A DNA stretch of 51,736 nucleotides from a virus (Duplodnaviria > Caudoviricetes): IMG/VR virus record IMGVR_UViG_3300025864_000003, positions 1-51,736 of that record; one strand, 5' to 3'. The number at the start of each line of letters is the position of its first letter. Within the stretch, counting starts at the first letter, position 1. The notes under the pieces are model-generated. The model was not told the DNA's origin and ran no database searches. It saw only the letters and a list, made by a program, of their open reading frames with translations. Position numbers and translations under genes: made by a program. Below are positions 19,801-28,667 of this stretch, piece by piece.

Positions 19801-21692
19801 TCTTCGGTGGCCTTAGCCTCCCGGATGGCCTTGCCCGCATTTCCACCAGCGGGCATGCCAGCGTTTTCAAAGGGAACACCACTAGGATGGCTCAAATCGA
19901 GGAATCCCGCTTCGCTTCCGGCCAACTTCCCGAACGCCGCCCAATCAATTATGTAAGCACTGCCCATGCGAAAACCCGCGCGAGTCGCAACAAATGCGCC
20001 ATGTGCACCAGCCTGTGCCCCGGACACAACCAGCGGGTCAAGTGTACTCCCAACATACACCTGTAACGCAAGGTTCGCTATATCGGACGCATCCTTGAGA
20101 TAGGCGGGCATCTTCCCGGTCTCGCCGTAAGAAGCGTTCTCAAAGGCGATGTGGAACAGGTTGTCGCCACCAGCCTCCTCGCGTGCCTTCTTCCACGTGT
20201 CGGCATCCATCAGGGCCTGCCAGTTGAAGGGCTGGTCCTTTTCCATCTTCGCCTTACCACCAGATGCCAGTCCCCTTGCCTTCACCTCGCTCTGCCAGTA
20301 TCCCTGGGTCGCATAGTCCAGCGCCACTTGCGCAGTCGCTAAACCCTTGAGCGCCTCGTTGAACGGTCCATAGATGTAGCCGCTGGCTTCGCCCACATCC
20401 TTACCCATTTCCTTCAGAACGGTTCCAACCCCCGGCACCTTGAGGACCTGCTTTGCGGGCCAGAGAAGTGTTCCGAAGGCTTTTCCGATAGACTCCATGG
20501 CGGTGTCCGTCTCCTCCTCGTACACCTCGCGTTGCTTTGCTGGAAGACGCTCTGCATCGAACTCCTTCACATATTGCGCGCGTCTCTCCGTCTCACTCAT
20601 GCCGATGGGACGAGAGAACTGCCACTCGTCGTAGGAGAAGGTTTTTACGGTATCGTCGTCTGCATATCGCATGGCCTCCAGGGTAGACTTCACGGTGTCA
20701 CTCTGCGCCCACTGGGTAGTATCCAGTCCGAGTCTGTGAGCTGCCCGCTCTACACGATCCTTATTGAAGGCAATATTGCGCACCGACGCCATAACGTCAT
20801 TGGCCTTCGCGGTTTGGGAATAGTCACCGTACACCTGATATGCCCACTGACCAGCAAAGACATACTTGTTCTGTATTTTCTCCCACTCCGGTTCCCACTC
20901 CGAAGAGTTGGGGTCGTACTTTATCTTCACCCCACGTTGTGCTAGTCTCTTGGCCATCTCTTTTTTGAACTTGACAATCTCCTCATCGGGGATGATGGGG
21001 CCTACGAAGTCTGAACCGGTAACACGCCATGGGTCCTTGGTGTCACGCTGATACTGTTTTGCGAGCTGTACGCTCTCTAGAGTTGGTTGCGCGGCAAAGG
21101 GACTTGCCAGCGTACCCCTATTTCCCATCGCCCTTGAACCGGCTGGTGCGGGTGCAGAGGCAACACCACCACCCTTCACACCGTCAAGTTCTACCACACC
21201 CTTTCTCTCTCCGTCCGTCAGGTCGCCCCTATCCATGTAGAACATGTCTCCCGCGCGCAGTGCGGGTTTCTCTTCATCGGTAGCATCCGACGTGGGTGAC
21301 CATAACTCATCGTAGAGACCCTTATTCTCCTCGGGGTCTTGAGGCATGGTCCCCTTGTCCAGAAGGAGCTGGAGGGTCGTTATCGGATCGGGAAAAGCTT
21401 TCTGTTGAGAGTAGTATGGGTTGATGATGTTCGCTAGGGACTGTTCCTGGTCCGATTCGGCCGGGGGCTTCGCTATAGAGAGAAGTTCGTTATAGGTCTT
21501 CGGGGGTGCCTTCGGGGCAGCCGTTTTCTGCGGGATGGAGGGAGCGGGGGTGGGATGAGACTTTGCTGGGGTTAGCGTGGGCGCAGCGGGATTACGACTA
21601 CCGCTGGGGAGTCCCTGTTCGCCAACCGGCTTCTTTTTCTTCTTCTTCTTGGGAGGTCTATATGGCTGGTCTTTGGGACCAATAATCGCCAT
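13860..21692 (-). CDS. Giant (2610 aa) putative internal virion / DNA-ejection protein with embedded GNAT-like domain
   Basis: Size and position between portal and scaffold; RGQGFG...YAKRGF acetyltransferase-like motifs. Confidence 0.7.
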   Translation of the reverse strand: MAIIGPKDQPYRPPKKKKKKKPVGEQGLPSGSRNPAAPTLTPAKSHPTPAPSIPQKTAAPKAPPKTYNELLSIAKPPAESDQEQSLANIINPYYSQQKAFPDPITTLQLLLDKGTMPQDPEENKGLYDELWSPTSDATDEEKPALRAGDMFYMDRGDLTDGERKGVVELDGVKGGGVASAPAPAGSRAMGNRGTLASPFAAQPTLESVQLAKQYQRDTKDPWRVTGSDFVGPIIPDEEIVKFKKEMAKRLAQRGVKIKYDPNSSEWEPEWEKIQNKYVFAGQWAYQVYGDYSQTAKANDVMASVRNIAFNKDRVERAAHRLGLDTTQWAQSDTVKSTLEAMRYADDDTVKTFSYDEWQFSRPIGMSETERRAQYVKEFDAERLPAKQREVYEEETDTAMESIGKAFGTLLWPAKQVLKVPGVGTVLKEMGKDVGEASGYIYGPFNEALKGLATAQVALDYATQGYWQSEVKARGLASGGKAKMEKDQPFNWQALMDADTWKKAREEAGGDNLFHIAFENASYGETGKMPAYLKDASDIANLALQVYVGSTLDPLVVSGAQAGAHGAFVATRAGFRMGSAYIIDWAAFGKLAGSEAGFLDLSHPSGVPFENAGMPAGGNAGKAIREAKATEDAAGKLHRPTPTPPEVRTLEQTSALVRERTALEQKAGEKVDMAEKIYGKDSKEHADALRERNKIANETISMNVRTIMPDSLNHLLHLEKVVAGGGKIDSGLIDDLEKAVGKKKPAANWGKRVAKLREDATGKPREFFPGAVDAGRGRLHLSHPEAPGDPALVKVAKDVNGKPRVQPLDRDEFKALDPRDAPPRKPSPPDTPENFMDDFLSFRNVPNETGKPLTAGYLENDVRLAMKAEGPKVVVKNLETPLESRGQGFGGSVIDDLVSAADNSGITLRLEAVPFGAEKMAKDALKDVYAKRGFKEVGNDWMERKPLDVGRVEGDFDAYNSYVARADEVLHKHISDPTSPFLPHGIDGESATMYSLGGGLVESVTRTVKGLVKKREVHTYAPPAFLRTNAELFAKIEDPFVVNRLLKAPEDIPEIQDLVKQVAASKSHIEVEGLLRKLEIKGVEIDGGKSAMIKQLRYSLGERGFGQLGWARIFNTMTMYGKTSDIATAAEDTFQVGKAIRMGATTRAGRKAALRQLQDFSRRVYEAHPGGKQKIVDEMWKTFENNLGDKLDDFKAYNRHILWTRGQRYVDEILGHSYLPKYAIDKKTGERTLVEGSLVLPSDLERSLDEVSQGALRKWDELWAGKETQLGDEVDQLEQGYYAKHVVKPGEPAPTTGKTSAWKDNQRTHLRSDGTGYTETRKYNPKTKKYELTGRDQTRYAHTGVKTGKGKKGGAALTNKRRELAQLNRQRDQLITNPAIAQARIDMAKLSTELGASPADIGKMSDAVFEATAKVTRRTEAAKIVQELGQKKRLSPSEEIKYDTAVNELSDMRTAQPFKQGQIRTHIYHQYDPRIAGWYMSGKAPRDFMLADQLVAEPVMRMFKETVMASLAFPIRVNIGDEIARFVPEGVVSRMWTVRKLRKDLDGEPMFLPAGKPDWILRKTGLRRGVKEVKLDGTDFTEFELKLRDGMARDWDMANTSGEWHALTPTEPGYYAALRDDLSSWAREPIVKRLVASKNFGGKGKFPTNPKDLKGFIRRIRDERVKNPKTGKMEYTQDATDMRNFLNDTYRSIKGKGAGPGTYNTPEFEEWCNNWYDRAKLFSDHEPMRKAMEGAAPTVQELEAWGSGPGKPFLYPVNAPIRNGLAEGVKIGLRNPLYGASALNPYHYVFKYGSSKLMQGIGEWTKRQLFNDKYYTVRNKLIERNKLARAAGEIETSPEEMHRIAGETAVKYAHQTAYSNSTTMFEDMSRNMVPFISAYRQFFVYWAGAVAKHPLALAAFQKNYPEFLRDPFGFTSGDSQFITPQIPFWAPDSETGAGFWDQVAAQSPSAGLIPLIGIRAGISALGEDPKDYANFPLLKGLGNTMSPFQRIARLTYGLTGDTTLGDISESIFGDVNKLETAHANAIMAWTKYGPEGSGSTGVNLDNAPLGVKALWALTGGKGGWGEKHLRPEALYNEMTKSFSPTPFGVMYSPKEPREMQSAYFEYQSALKAKDFAGMNLVREKYPNFDKDLRYHDASNEEKLAMKKDPANFNMLKWWQSPYNYDNANMEMNPVDWQESFFNNGGERLTDAARIAAYHNVITDIYGGHYVAGKDRTSSVYYMGDIKLEALQKGTEKLIQQRKDWAKAIAKQVGRETGFSESQLLYRFEHPGGVDPDTGRRLGWGLWNDIIRSRGLDYNEYDINFIQQAATAEGEVRLTPFTVSDEDLSRAFQLKNMMADPNLGNRLISETPESQNIAATRAEQKQGILKATIALASDQWYFITSDQLQLVTGKPADPKINMAQEQLRVAYENWHKAKSPSQEYKDGHNAYYALQKKLLGGLKGGKALIGGLDDRLEHISHFSEPVLTTIGTGPRAREAHTAWLGYVKVRDREINSKSPNSDAIESAWEKFSAKGTAQPEEQRALEIGRVRMWHRILETAHDYRKQLTNSYSDWYEAKGNSVGTKLGGQLSGDLNSAIKQMSSVNPRFKNDIKEYFGGSSNVGGRLLDWYNY

Positions 21693-21695
21693 GGG

Positions 21696-22067
21696 TTACT
21701 CGAAGAATGGTGTCTGGTTGCGGACACCATTCATGGCCGATTCAAAGTTTTTCTGAGCGGCTTCAGCGTACATACGAATGCGGGGACCGGCCTGGGGAGA
21801 TGCGGCAAGTTTGGCCCACTCCTTCGCGGCCCATGCCTTTCGTGCCAAGTCCTGCGCCGCCATGGCGTGACCGGCTGGTACTGCGCCAGAGACGGGCACT
21901 TGGGCGGGTTGGTCGCCTCCGGACCCTGGCGGTCTTCCCGCCGAGGGGGCCGGGGCGGCGTTGCCCGTCATAGGCGTTGAGGTGACCGCCTTTGATGCAG
22001 CGTCAAGTGCCGTCTTGTCTCCATACTGCGGAGTCTGGTTTACTGAGATGGTACCCGTTCCACTCAC
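21696..22067 (-). CDS. Small virion-module hypothetical protein
   Basis: A/P/G-rich, QYG motif, coupled to the portal stop. Confidence 0.7.
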   Translation of the reverse strand: MSGTGTISVNQTPQYGDKTALDAASKAVTSTPMTGNAAPAPSAGRPPGSGGDQPAQVPVSGAVPAGHAMAAQDLARKAWAAKEWAKLAASPQAGPRIRMYAEAAQKNFESAMNGVRNQTPFFE

Positions 22068-24373
22068 TTCGGCACCGGCTTCTTAGCCTTCGGTTTCCCG
22101 CCATCTACTGTCATGGTGGGTTCCATGGGAGGCGCACCCGGTAGTCCCTGCATCAACTCGGGTGGAATACCCATGCCCTCAATGGGCACCTGACCCTCGG
22201 GGCCGGGTGCAGACACGGTGGGTTCGCCGGCGGGGGCGGGTTCGCCCTCTCCGGTACCCTCTGATACCTGGACGGCCTTCTCTTCGGGAGACGGTGTTCC
22301 TCTCCGGAAGGACAGATGACCATATAGGATTTCAATGTTCTGAGCAGCCCTGGTGATGGTGCCCTGATCCTGTGGATCAGTTACCCACACGGTGACCTTC
22401 CAAGTGTCGCTGGTAGCGATGGACTCGGGGTTCAGTATCGGTGCGCCACCGAACCACACGGCACCCTTCAGCTTGGGAATACCAGAGAAGAACTCCTTGA
22501 GGGCTGCCACTACCTCTGCGGCAGTGTCTCCCGGACCCTGTTGCGGGGACCCGGCCATATTAGGAGTCCCGGCGGGAGGTGGAGTTGACGCCTGGGCCTT
22601 GGCCTCAGGACCCGGCATACCGCCAGTCTCTCCGACCATCCCACGCTCAAGACCGTAGTTGGTCTGCTGCTGATCTGCAAGATTGGGATTGGCGGTGGTT
22701 GGACTGGTGGCGGCCTGGTTGGCAATGGCCATACCCTCGGCCTTCCACTGCCTATCGCCGTCAATGTTGTGGCGAATGCGACTCTTGTCCTGAACCTGCT
22801 GGAGATTGTCCACGGCCGTATCCCAGTCAATGAGCTCATTCTGGTAGAGTTGCATGATTTCCACGGCGTTACCCTGGCGATCCATGAAGCTCTGGGCATT
22901 GAGGAACACGTCCATCTCTGTCCACATTTCGCCCTCGATCATGAAGTCAGCCGGGAGTGCCTTGATGTAGTACGTCTCTTTCTTTTTGAAACCTGTTGCG
23001 GTGACGTTCTTCATGCCGGGGAAGTTGGCCCACATAATCAGCATGTACTTTATTACCTGTTTCCATGCTCCCATGAGAATTTCTAGTCTCTGCTGCATCC
23101 TCGCTGCAATCGGACCCAGCTTGGCGTTGAAGCCCTTGCCGGTGGAGAGTCCGCCACCGTCGTCAGAGCGCAGAAGATTCGGGTTGTCAGCGATGAGGTC
23201 AAACCAATTCTGTAGTTGCTGGCCTAACTCCCAGAATGCGCTGGGGAGGTTGATGGGACCGAGAAGGTCCACGTTGCCGTTGGCGCCCATGGTGATGACT
23301 CCACCCTTGCCAATGGCAATGTCGGCAGGTACGTTGATGGGGTCCTTCACGGCAATGGTCGGCCGAATCATGGCGGCAGCCATTTCCTCAATCAGCATCA
23401 TGTGGTTGTTGAGTTGTTTCGCCACGGGGATGGCGTCCTTGATGTCGGTAGACCCGAATATCATTCCCGGAAGCCCCAGACTACCCACACACACTATTGG
23501 AACCAACCCCATCTTGTTCTCCATCGGGGGATGAGCAAACTCTATCTTATCCAGAACGGTACAGAACTGAGTCTCGTCAATATACTGAATGACGGAAACC
23601 TCGTCCTTGTCCGCATACTTCTTGCCAATCGCGTCTCCATAACGGGCAACCACCTCGGAGCCGGTCATCGTGTCAATCCAGACCGCCTGCTTTAGGTCAA
23701 GACCATCAACGTCGTAGGAAACGGGGTAGAAGTCCTGTGGGGTTCTGGTGAAAATGCGGGGACGGCCGTGACGAATGTCGGGCCAGGCACCGATAACGGC
23801 CCCGTCCATCGCACACATTGACCAGGCCACATCCCTACAACGCTGGGGCATGTTTGAGAAGGAGAGAAGACTATCAATGATTCTTTCCAATCTGTCGGCA
23901 AAGTCGGTGGACCAGTCGGCGTTCGTTGCTCCGGGTGCGGCGGGTGCTCCACCCTGGGTCGGCGTGGGTTCCGGCATAGACGGTTGTCCCGTGGTGGGAT
24001 CGACAGCCCCACCAGAGACTCCGGGTTCACCGGGGCCACCGGGCTGGGCGGCAATGGGAGCAAACTGATCAGGGGGTTGAACAACGCGAATGGTGGGCGG
24101 TAACGCAAGAAAAGCCACCTTGTTTTCGATGGCTGGTTTGACGAGGTTGATGGGGGTGGTAAGTTCGGCACCCTCGTCTTCCGACTTGGGGGAGAAGAGG
24201 GACTGAATGTTCTGGGCAACTCCGGAGATGAAACCCTGCTTCTTGGCTTCCTTGTACGTCGTTCCGGCGTAGAACTGGAGAACCTCATCGTAACTATTGT
24301 TGCGAGGACCCTGTTCCTTTTCTAGCTTTGTAAACAAATCGACAATGGCCCGAACGCCAGAATTGGTTGCCAC
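22064..24373 (-). CDS. Portal protein
   Basis: Follows TerL/HNH; 769 aa; INLVKPAIE, N.MG.VPIV, GSTDIKD...QLNN...IEEMA...PT podovirus-portal-like pattern; Pro-rich inserts. Confidence 0.8.
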   Translation of the reverse strand: MATNSGVRAIVDLFTKLEKEQGPRNNSYDEVLQFYAGTTYKEAKKQGFISGVAQNIQSLFSPKSEDEGAELTTPINLVKPAIENKVAFLALPPTIRVVQPPDQFAPIAAQPGGPGEPGVSGGAVDPTTGQPSMPEPTPTQGGAPAAPGATNADWSTDFADRLERIIDSLLSFSNMPQRCRDVAWSMCAMDGAVIGAWPDIRHGRPRIFTRTPQDFYPVSYDVDGLDLKQAVWIDTMTGSEVVARYGDAIGKKYADKDEVSVIQYIDETQFCTVLDKIEFAHPPMENKMGLVPIVCVGSLGLPGMIFGSTDIKDAIPVAKQLNNHMMLIEEMAAAMIRPTIAVKDPINVPADIAIGKGGVITMGANGNVDLLGPINLPSAFWELGQQLQNWFDLIADNPNLLRSDDGGGLSTGKGFNAKLGPIAARMQQRLEILMGAWKQVIKYMLIMWANFPGMKNVTATGFKKKETYYIKALPADFMIEGEMWTEMDVFLNAQSFMDRQGNAVEIMQLYQNELIDWDTAVDNLQQVQDKSRIRHNIDGDRQWKAEGMAIANQAATSPTTANPNLADQQQTNYGLERGMVGETGGMPGPEAKAQASTPPPAGTPNMAGSPQQGPGDTAAEVVAALKEFFSGIPKLKGAVWFGGAPILNPESIATSDTWKVTVWVTDPQDQGTITRAAQNIEILYGHLSFRRGTPSPEEKAVQVSEGTGEGEPAPAGEPTVSAPGPEGQVPIEGMGIPPELMQGLPGAPPMEPTMTVDGGKPKAKKPVPK

Positions 24374-24392
24374 GCAACACCCCCGAGATTGG

Positions 24393-24770
24393 TTAGCCGG
24401 TTATTTCCATTATATCACAACATTCCGCGTTTCCATGTGCCCCCAACTTGCGGTGGCAGTTAGCACATAAAACAACGCACTTCTTGGCTTCAGTCCTCCA
24501 CGATGACTTCGACCTTCCCTGGTTCCCCAGGTGCAGACTAAAGAGTTTCTCATCTGGGTTTCTGTGATGCAAGTCGAGACATCTCTCATCATCTTCCCCG
24601 CAGACAGAACAGCCGACCGACTTCAGTATAGAAAGAAATAGACTGAACTCTTCCTTTCGACGCACGTCCCAACCATTCTTCTTTTCGTATGTCCTACGGT
24701 ATTCTCGGTTCTTACAAGTCTTACACTCTCCGCAACTACATTTCCTTGGACGACCCCTGGACTTCTTCAC
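24393..24770 (-). CDS. HNH endonuclease
   Basis: CSVCG...LDLHH..PDEK.F...KCVVLCANCHRK; start uncertain (GTG 24770). Confidence 0.85.
   Translation of the reverse strand: MKKSRGRPRKCSCGECKTCKNREYRRTYEKKNGWDVRRKEEFSLFLSILKSVGCSVCGEDDERCLDLHHRNPDEKLFSLHLGNQGRSKSSWRTEAKKCVVLCANCHRKLGAHGNAECCDIMEITG
24409..24417 (-). promoter_or_regulatory. Extended -10 promoter (TGaTATAAT) upstream of portal
   Basis: Minus strand reads TTGTGATATAAT about 35 nt upstream of the portal start. Confidence 0.6.
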
Positions 24771-24784
24771 GTTATATCCATAAT

Positions 24785-26527
24785 TCAGTGTGCTGGGTTG
24801 ACATAGTGCTTGAGACGAGAACCGGGAGTCGAATAACTGCGATATTCGTTCTGGTTCAGCTTCATATTCTGAGTACACAGCCACATTGCCATAACAAGGT
24901 CACAGGTGCCCTTGGGATACATGAGAAGCTCACCGATGAACTCCTCGGCCCTTTCCTTGTCTGAGGACTCCTTGTATGGAATTCTAAAGCGACCATCCTG
25001 TATCATTTGCCCCATAGCAAACACCCCGGCCTCTGGATCGGTCTTATTAGTTCCGGTGTAGTGTGGGCGAATGATGTTCTTGTCTGTATAGGGTTTCATG
25101 CGGTCATTGTCTATAATCCACTTGCCGAACGCATTCTTCTCAACAGTTCCCACCTTATAGTTGTACTTGCTCAGGAAACCCTCAATGTTGTAGTCTGGAT
25201 TGCCCTCCAGAAGATGATCCAGCATTCTATCAAAGTTATCCTGAAGTTTGAGGAAGTCGATAAGGTAAATGGATGGATTGTCCTCTTTAGGGTCATATCC
25301 CAGGATGACGTATGCGGCATACGCACTCCAGCGCGAACGAGACCCTGACGCGGGGTCAAAGCCTGCGTATAGCTCCCAGGTGTCATCAACGTCGGCGAAA
25401 CTACGCTCGGTGTCAAGACATCCCTTGTGACTAACGCGTTGTCCGTTGAATTCCTCCTCTTGTCCTCTCACCCAAGCCTCACGGAACGCCATCTCCTCTT
25501 CGTTGTATGCGATGTTTTCGTAACGCTTGGCAAACGCTAAAGGACCGATGGAAATACGTTCTCTATTCAGTGCCTTGGCGTCCAACATGTTGTTTGACAG
25601 CGATAGGGTCTTTTTCTTGTCCTTCCAACAGGAGAACTTGACACAGGTGAAGGTCGGGTCTCTCATGACCATGGCATAGAAGGCTTCTGGATGGAAGATG
25701 GTGCCGACAATGGCAGTGCTCCAATAACGTGCCGTATTTGACCACTTGATAGACTTGGGGCGTTTCACTCTCCCGAGAGCGTCATAATTCCAAATCGGAC
25801 GCGCAGATGTAAACGGCCCGATACGCATCCACTCCATGAGCTTATCTCGCATATCAGGGGTCCTGGCGGTATCAGGTGTTTCCACGTCGTCAATATAGAC
25901 TCTATCACTTCGTTTACCGAGTTCTGCGTGGCTGTTAGTTCCGTAGAATTCAAAGTTCTCTCGCACGTCGCGAAACTGACGTTGTTCGATAGAAAATGCT
26001 TGATTACTCCATGGTATATTTTTGTCTCCAGAGTGGAAATTGCCGAAGTCTGCGACCAGACGAGGGTTCTGGAGCTCCCGTCGAATAGTTGTAGAAAACG
26101 AGAAGGCTTCGGTTTCGTTTTTTCCAATGTATTGGTTTCGGGCGTTAGGATTGTCACAGGCTTCCATAACAGGGATTGCTCTAGTAGAGACAATCGTAGT
26201 TTTGCCGAAGCCAGCAGGCCAGAGAAGAAGGACATTAGGTTTCTCCCAATAGTATGGACTTACTCCTGGATTGTTTCCATATCTTATCCATCCATTCTCA
26301 TACAACCACTCCATGTTGTTCTCAGTGATGAACTCGTATATCTCTCGTTCTTCATGGAACCTTCCCCTTATCAACTTCATGCTGAAGATTTGGTAGGGAT
26401 CAAGTTCAAGGTCTAGATAGTGTTTACAGAAGAGTTCCTCTGCCATTGGGGAATCTAGGAGAAGGTATTTGTACTGACCCTCATCCTCGAGATTGCGAAA
26501 TTCTCTATCTGGATCAATCGACTTCAT
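24785..26527 (-). CDS. terL: Terminase large subunit
   Basis: Walker A PAGFGKTT, Walker B VYIDDVE, VGT coupling motif, RNase H nuclease AGFDPA...DLVMA. Confidence 0.92.
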   Translation of the reverse strand: MKSIDPDREFRNLEDEGQYKYLLLDSPMAEELFCKHYLDLELDPYQIFSMKLIRGRFHEEREIYEFITENNMEWLYENGWIRYGNNPGVSPYYWEKPNVLLLWPAGFGKTTIVSTRAIPVMEACDNPNARNQYIGKNETEAFSFSTTIRRELQNPRLVADFGNFHSGDKNIPWSNQAFSIEQRQFRDVRENFEFYGTNSHAELGKRSDRVYIDDVETPDTARTPDMRDKLMEWMRIGPFTSARPIWNYDALGRVKRPKSIKWSNTARYWSTAIVGTIFHPEAFYAMVMRDPTFTCVKFSCWKDKKKTLSLSNNMLDAKALNRERISIGPLAFAKRYENIAYNEEEMAFREAWVRGQEEEFNGQRVSHKGCLDTERSFADVDDTWELYAGFDPASGSRSRWSAYAAYVILGYDPKEDNPSIYLIDFLKLQDNFDRMLDHLLEGNPDYNIEGFLSKYNYKVGTVEKNAFGKWIIDNDRMKPYTDKNIIRPHYTGTNKTDPEAGVFAMGQMIQDGRFRIPYKESSDKERAEEFIGELLMYPKGTCDLVMAMWLCTQNMKLNQNEYRSYSTPGSRLKHYVNPAH

Positions 26528-26666
26528 ATCGTATCTCCCCATAGGGACAAAAATCGTCGTGGTCGCCGCAGCCTAGCCACAATTCATCACCATCTCGCCA
26601 TGCAACCGCACAGTCTTCCGTGCACCATTTCCAACAATCACCACAAAGAACGACTTTCGCTATCAT
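26514..26666 (-). CDS. Small Cys-rich protein (50 aa)
   Basis: MIAKVVLCGDCWKW...DDFCPYGE; ATGA-coupled; read manually. Confidence 0.6.
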   Translation of the reverse strand: MIAKVVLCGDCWKWCTEDCAVAWRDGDELWLGCGDHDDFCPYGEIRYEVD

Positions 26667-26821
26667 TTCTCCCTCGGTTCAAAGCAGTCGCAATATCCAT
26701 CAGGTTTTTTGAATATATCGCAGAGAAAACACCAGCGGTCAAGGACGATCTTGGGGGGCTTTTCACTAACAACGACCCACTCCTGACGAATGAAGAGACA
26801 ATCTACGCAAAAGCCCTTCAT
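26663..26821 (-). CDS. Small Cys-rich protein (52 aa)
   Basis: MKGFCVDC...PDGYCDCFE; ATGA-coupled to the terS stop; read manually. Confidence 0.6.
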   Translation of the reverse strand: MKGFCVDCLFIRQEWVVVSEKPPKIVLDRWCFLCDIFKKPDGYCDCFEPREK

Positions 26822-27474
26822 TCTGCATCGGCAGCACTGTGAGCTCTAGTAAGAGCTTCTACATTTTCCAGTTCACTTCTAAGAGAGTTAGCATAGCCCT
26901 TCAAGAGCTCTTCTCTCTTTCTCTTATCCTCAATGTTGTCTAGTAAGCTCTTGCTCTTGCTCTGTTCTTTGCTACCCAGTTTACTCATGCTGATGCCGGC
27001 ATCAAGAATGAGCTTTACTATTTTGAGATGTTGTTCAGTGGTGAGAGAGTGGGGGGAATAGAAAATACGTTCGTAGAGGTTCTTTAGGGCCTCACTACCA
27101 ATGACTTCCCAGATGTGACTCTCCTGCTCCTTTCGGAACATCGGATCTGTTCTCCTCATCTCGTGTAGTTCTACCAGCTCCCAGAACCTATCCTGAGTAC
27201 CAAGATATGCGTCGAAGTGATCGAGAGAGCCTGGTGCGTATCCAGCCCTTCTCATCAATTCTTTCTTGTTGACTTCGGGGTTGCCCTCCTCATCCCACTG
27301 CCTGCGGACGTTCTCTCCGTACTTGTAGTCGCCATTCTTCATTTGGACGTAGGCAATCGCAGCAGATTCCAGGCCCTGATCCTTCGACTCTGCCTTCGTA
27401 GACTTCCTACCGCGAACACGCCTCGAAGGGCTTGGTAGTCCACCATCCATGATTGCTACGTCTGTTTTATTCAT
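26818..27474 (-). CDS. Putative terminase small subunit
   Basis: First gene of the packaging operon; HTH-like LMRRAGYA; helical C-terminus. Confidence 0.55.
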   Translation of the reverse strand: MNKTDVAIMDGGLPSPSRRVRGRKSTKAESKDQGLESAAIAYVQMKNGDYKYGENVRRQWDEEGNPEVNKKELMRRAGYAPGSLDHFDAYLGTQDRFWELVELHEMRRTDPMFRKEQESHIWEVIGSEALKNLYERIFYSPHSLTTEQHLKIVKLILDAGISMSKLGSKEQSKSKSLLDNIEDKRKREELLKGYANSLRSELENVEALTRAHSAADAE

Positions 27475-27480
27475 GTAATC

Positions 27481-27489
27481 ATTATAACA
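27481..27489 (-). promoter_or_regulatory. Extended -10 promoter, probable leaderless terS transcript
   Basis: TGtTATAAT-gattac-ATG on the minus strand. Confidence 0.7.
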
Positions 27490-27604
27490 TACATTTGGGA
27501 CCGTGCAACCCCTTGCCACGTCCGCCATCTGTGGTAGACTGTATCCAACGAGAAAAAGGAGAAGAGATGAAGGTCAAGAGCAAACAAGTCTGTGGGGCAG
27601 AGTA

Positions 27605-28093
27605 ATGGAATTCCTTGATTGGCTCAGCAACGGCGATATGCCCTTGACACCAATTGACCTGATAACTCACTCACACAAACTATCGGATTCTGCTACTTTG
27701 AACACCACACTCGATATCGAGTATGAGCCACTACCGGACGCAATCTGCGACGAAGTGCTTTTTCCAGATGAATGGGCTGAGGAATGCGATCCTATTTGGA
27801 ATCCTCTACACGCCCATATGCGCGAGACCTTCGACAACTGTCTCACCATCAGTGTTGCCAAGAACGCCGATTACGCCTGCGATACGGACCCACTCGCCAA
27901 CTTTCGTGCATGCCAGAAGTTCGGCGTGCCACTGGTGAAGGGTATCATGGTGAGACTCTCTGACAAGTTTGCTCGCATCGGAAACTTGCTAGAAAGAGAG
28001 GAACGGGTAAAGGACGAGAAGATAGCGGACACCATTGATGATGCCATTGACTATCTAGCAATTTTGAAGTATGCACTGGAGACGGAGGGGTGA
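27605..28093 (+). CDS. DUF1599 / nucleotide-modification-associated domain 1-like protein
   Basis: KNADYA...DPLANF...GIMVRLSDKFARI.NL...ADTIDDAIDYLAI. Confidence 0.75.
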   Translation: MEFLDWLSNGDMPLTPIDLITHSHKLSDSATLNTTLDIEYEPLPDAICDEVLFPDEWAEECDPIWNPLHAHMRETFDNCLTISVAKNADYACDTDPLANFRACQKFGVPLVKGIMVRLSDKFARIGNLLEREERVKDEKIADTIDDAIDYLAILKYALETEG

Positions 28094-28302
28094 CCTTCTT
28101 TATGACAGTTGTCGGTCTCCTCGGTGCCGGGTTACTAACGTACTCATATTTCCTCAACGGGTGGGAGCTTTTTGTCACGCAACTCTCCGCCACTGTGCAT
28201 CTTCTGGCCTATTCGATTTGGCGGGTGGACGAAGTGTTCATCATCATACAGGTGGCCTGCATCCTGATAATGACCGTTCGGCTATCAAGGGGGATAAGTT
28301 GA
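28090..28302 (+). CDS. Small membrane protein
   Basis: Two or three hydrophobic segments; GTGA-coupled. Confidence 0.6.
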   Translation: MTFFMTVVGLLGAGLLTYSYFLNGWELFVTQLSATVHLLAYSIWRVDEVFIIIQVACILIMTVRLSRGIS

Positions 28303-28667
28303 GACGCGTCGTCTACATTGCCGGTAAAATCTCCGATCCGGATTGCATCCGCGTTGCCGAGAACCTGCAACGTTTCACCCAGATGGAACACGACCTGTTG
28401 TGTGCCGGATACGCTCCGATAAACCCAGGAGCCGATTGGGGGGCGGTGTCTCTTGGCGGAGTCGCATACGAGGACTTGATGGCCCGTGATAGGGCACTGT
28501 TGACGAAGTGCGATGTTGTGTACTTCATGATTGGTTGGCGGGAGTCCCTGGGAGCCCTGCGCGAACATAGGTGGGCCAAACGCTGTGGAATCCCCTGCGT
28601 GGAGGAGAAGGTTGGCGACGGGGAGTATGGGTTCCGTAGTTTGCTGTTCGCACTGGAACCGGCATGA
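28299..28667 (+). CDS. DUF4406-like nucleoside 2-deoxyribosyltransferase-fold protein
   Basis: VYIAGKIS...GYAPINP...LLTKCDVVYFMIGWRESLGALREH.WA...GIP. Confidence 0.8.
   Translation: MRRVVYIAGKISDPDCIRVAENLQRFTQMEHDLLCAGYAPINPGADWGAVSLGGVAYEDLMARDRALLTKCDVVYFMIGWRESLGALREHRWAKRCGIPCVEEKVGDGEYGFRSLLFALEPA

Noticed and set aside
13860-21692. Virion RNA polymerase in the giant protein
   Set aside because: No DxDGD motif or T7-type polymerase motifs were found by eye; a profile search is needed to exclude it fully.
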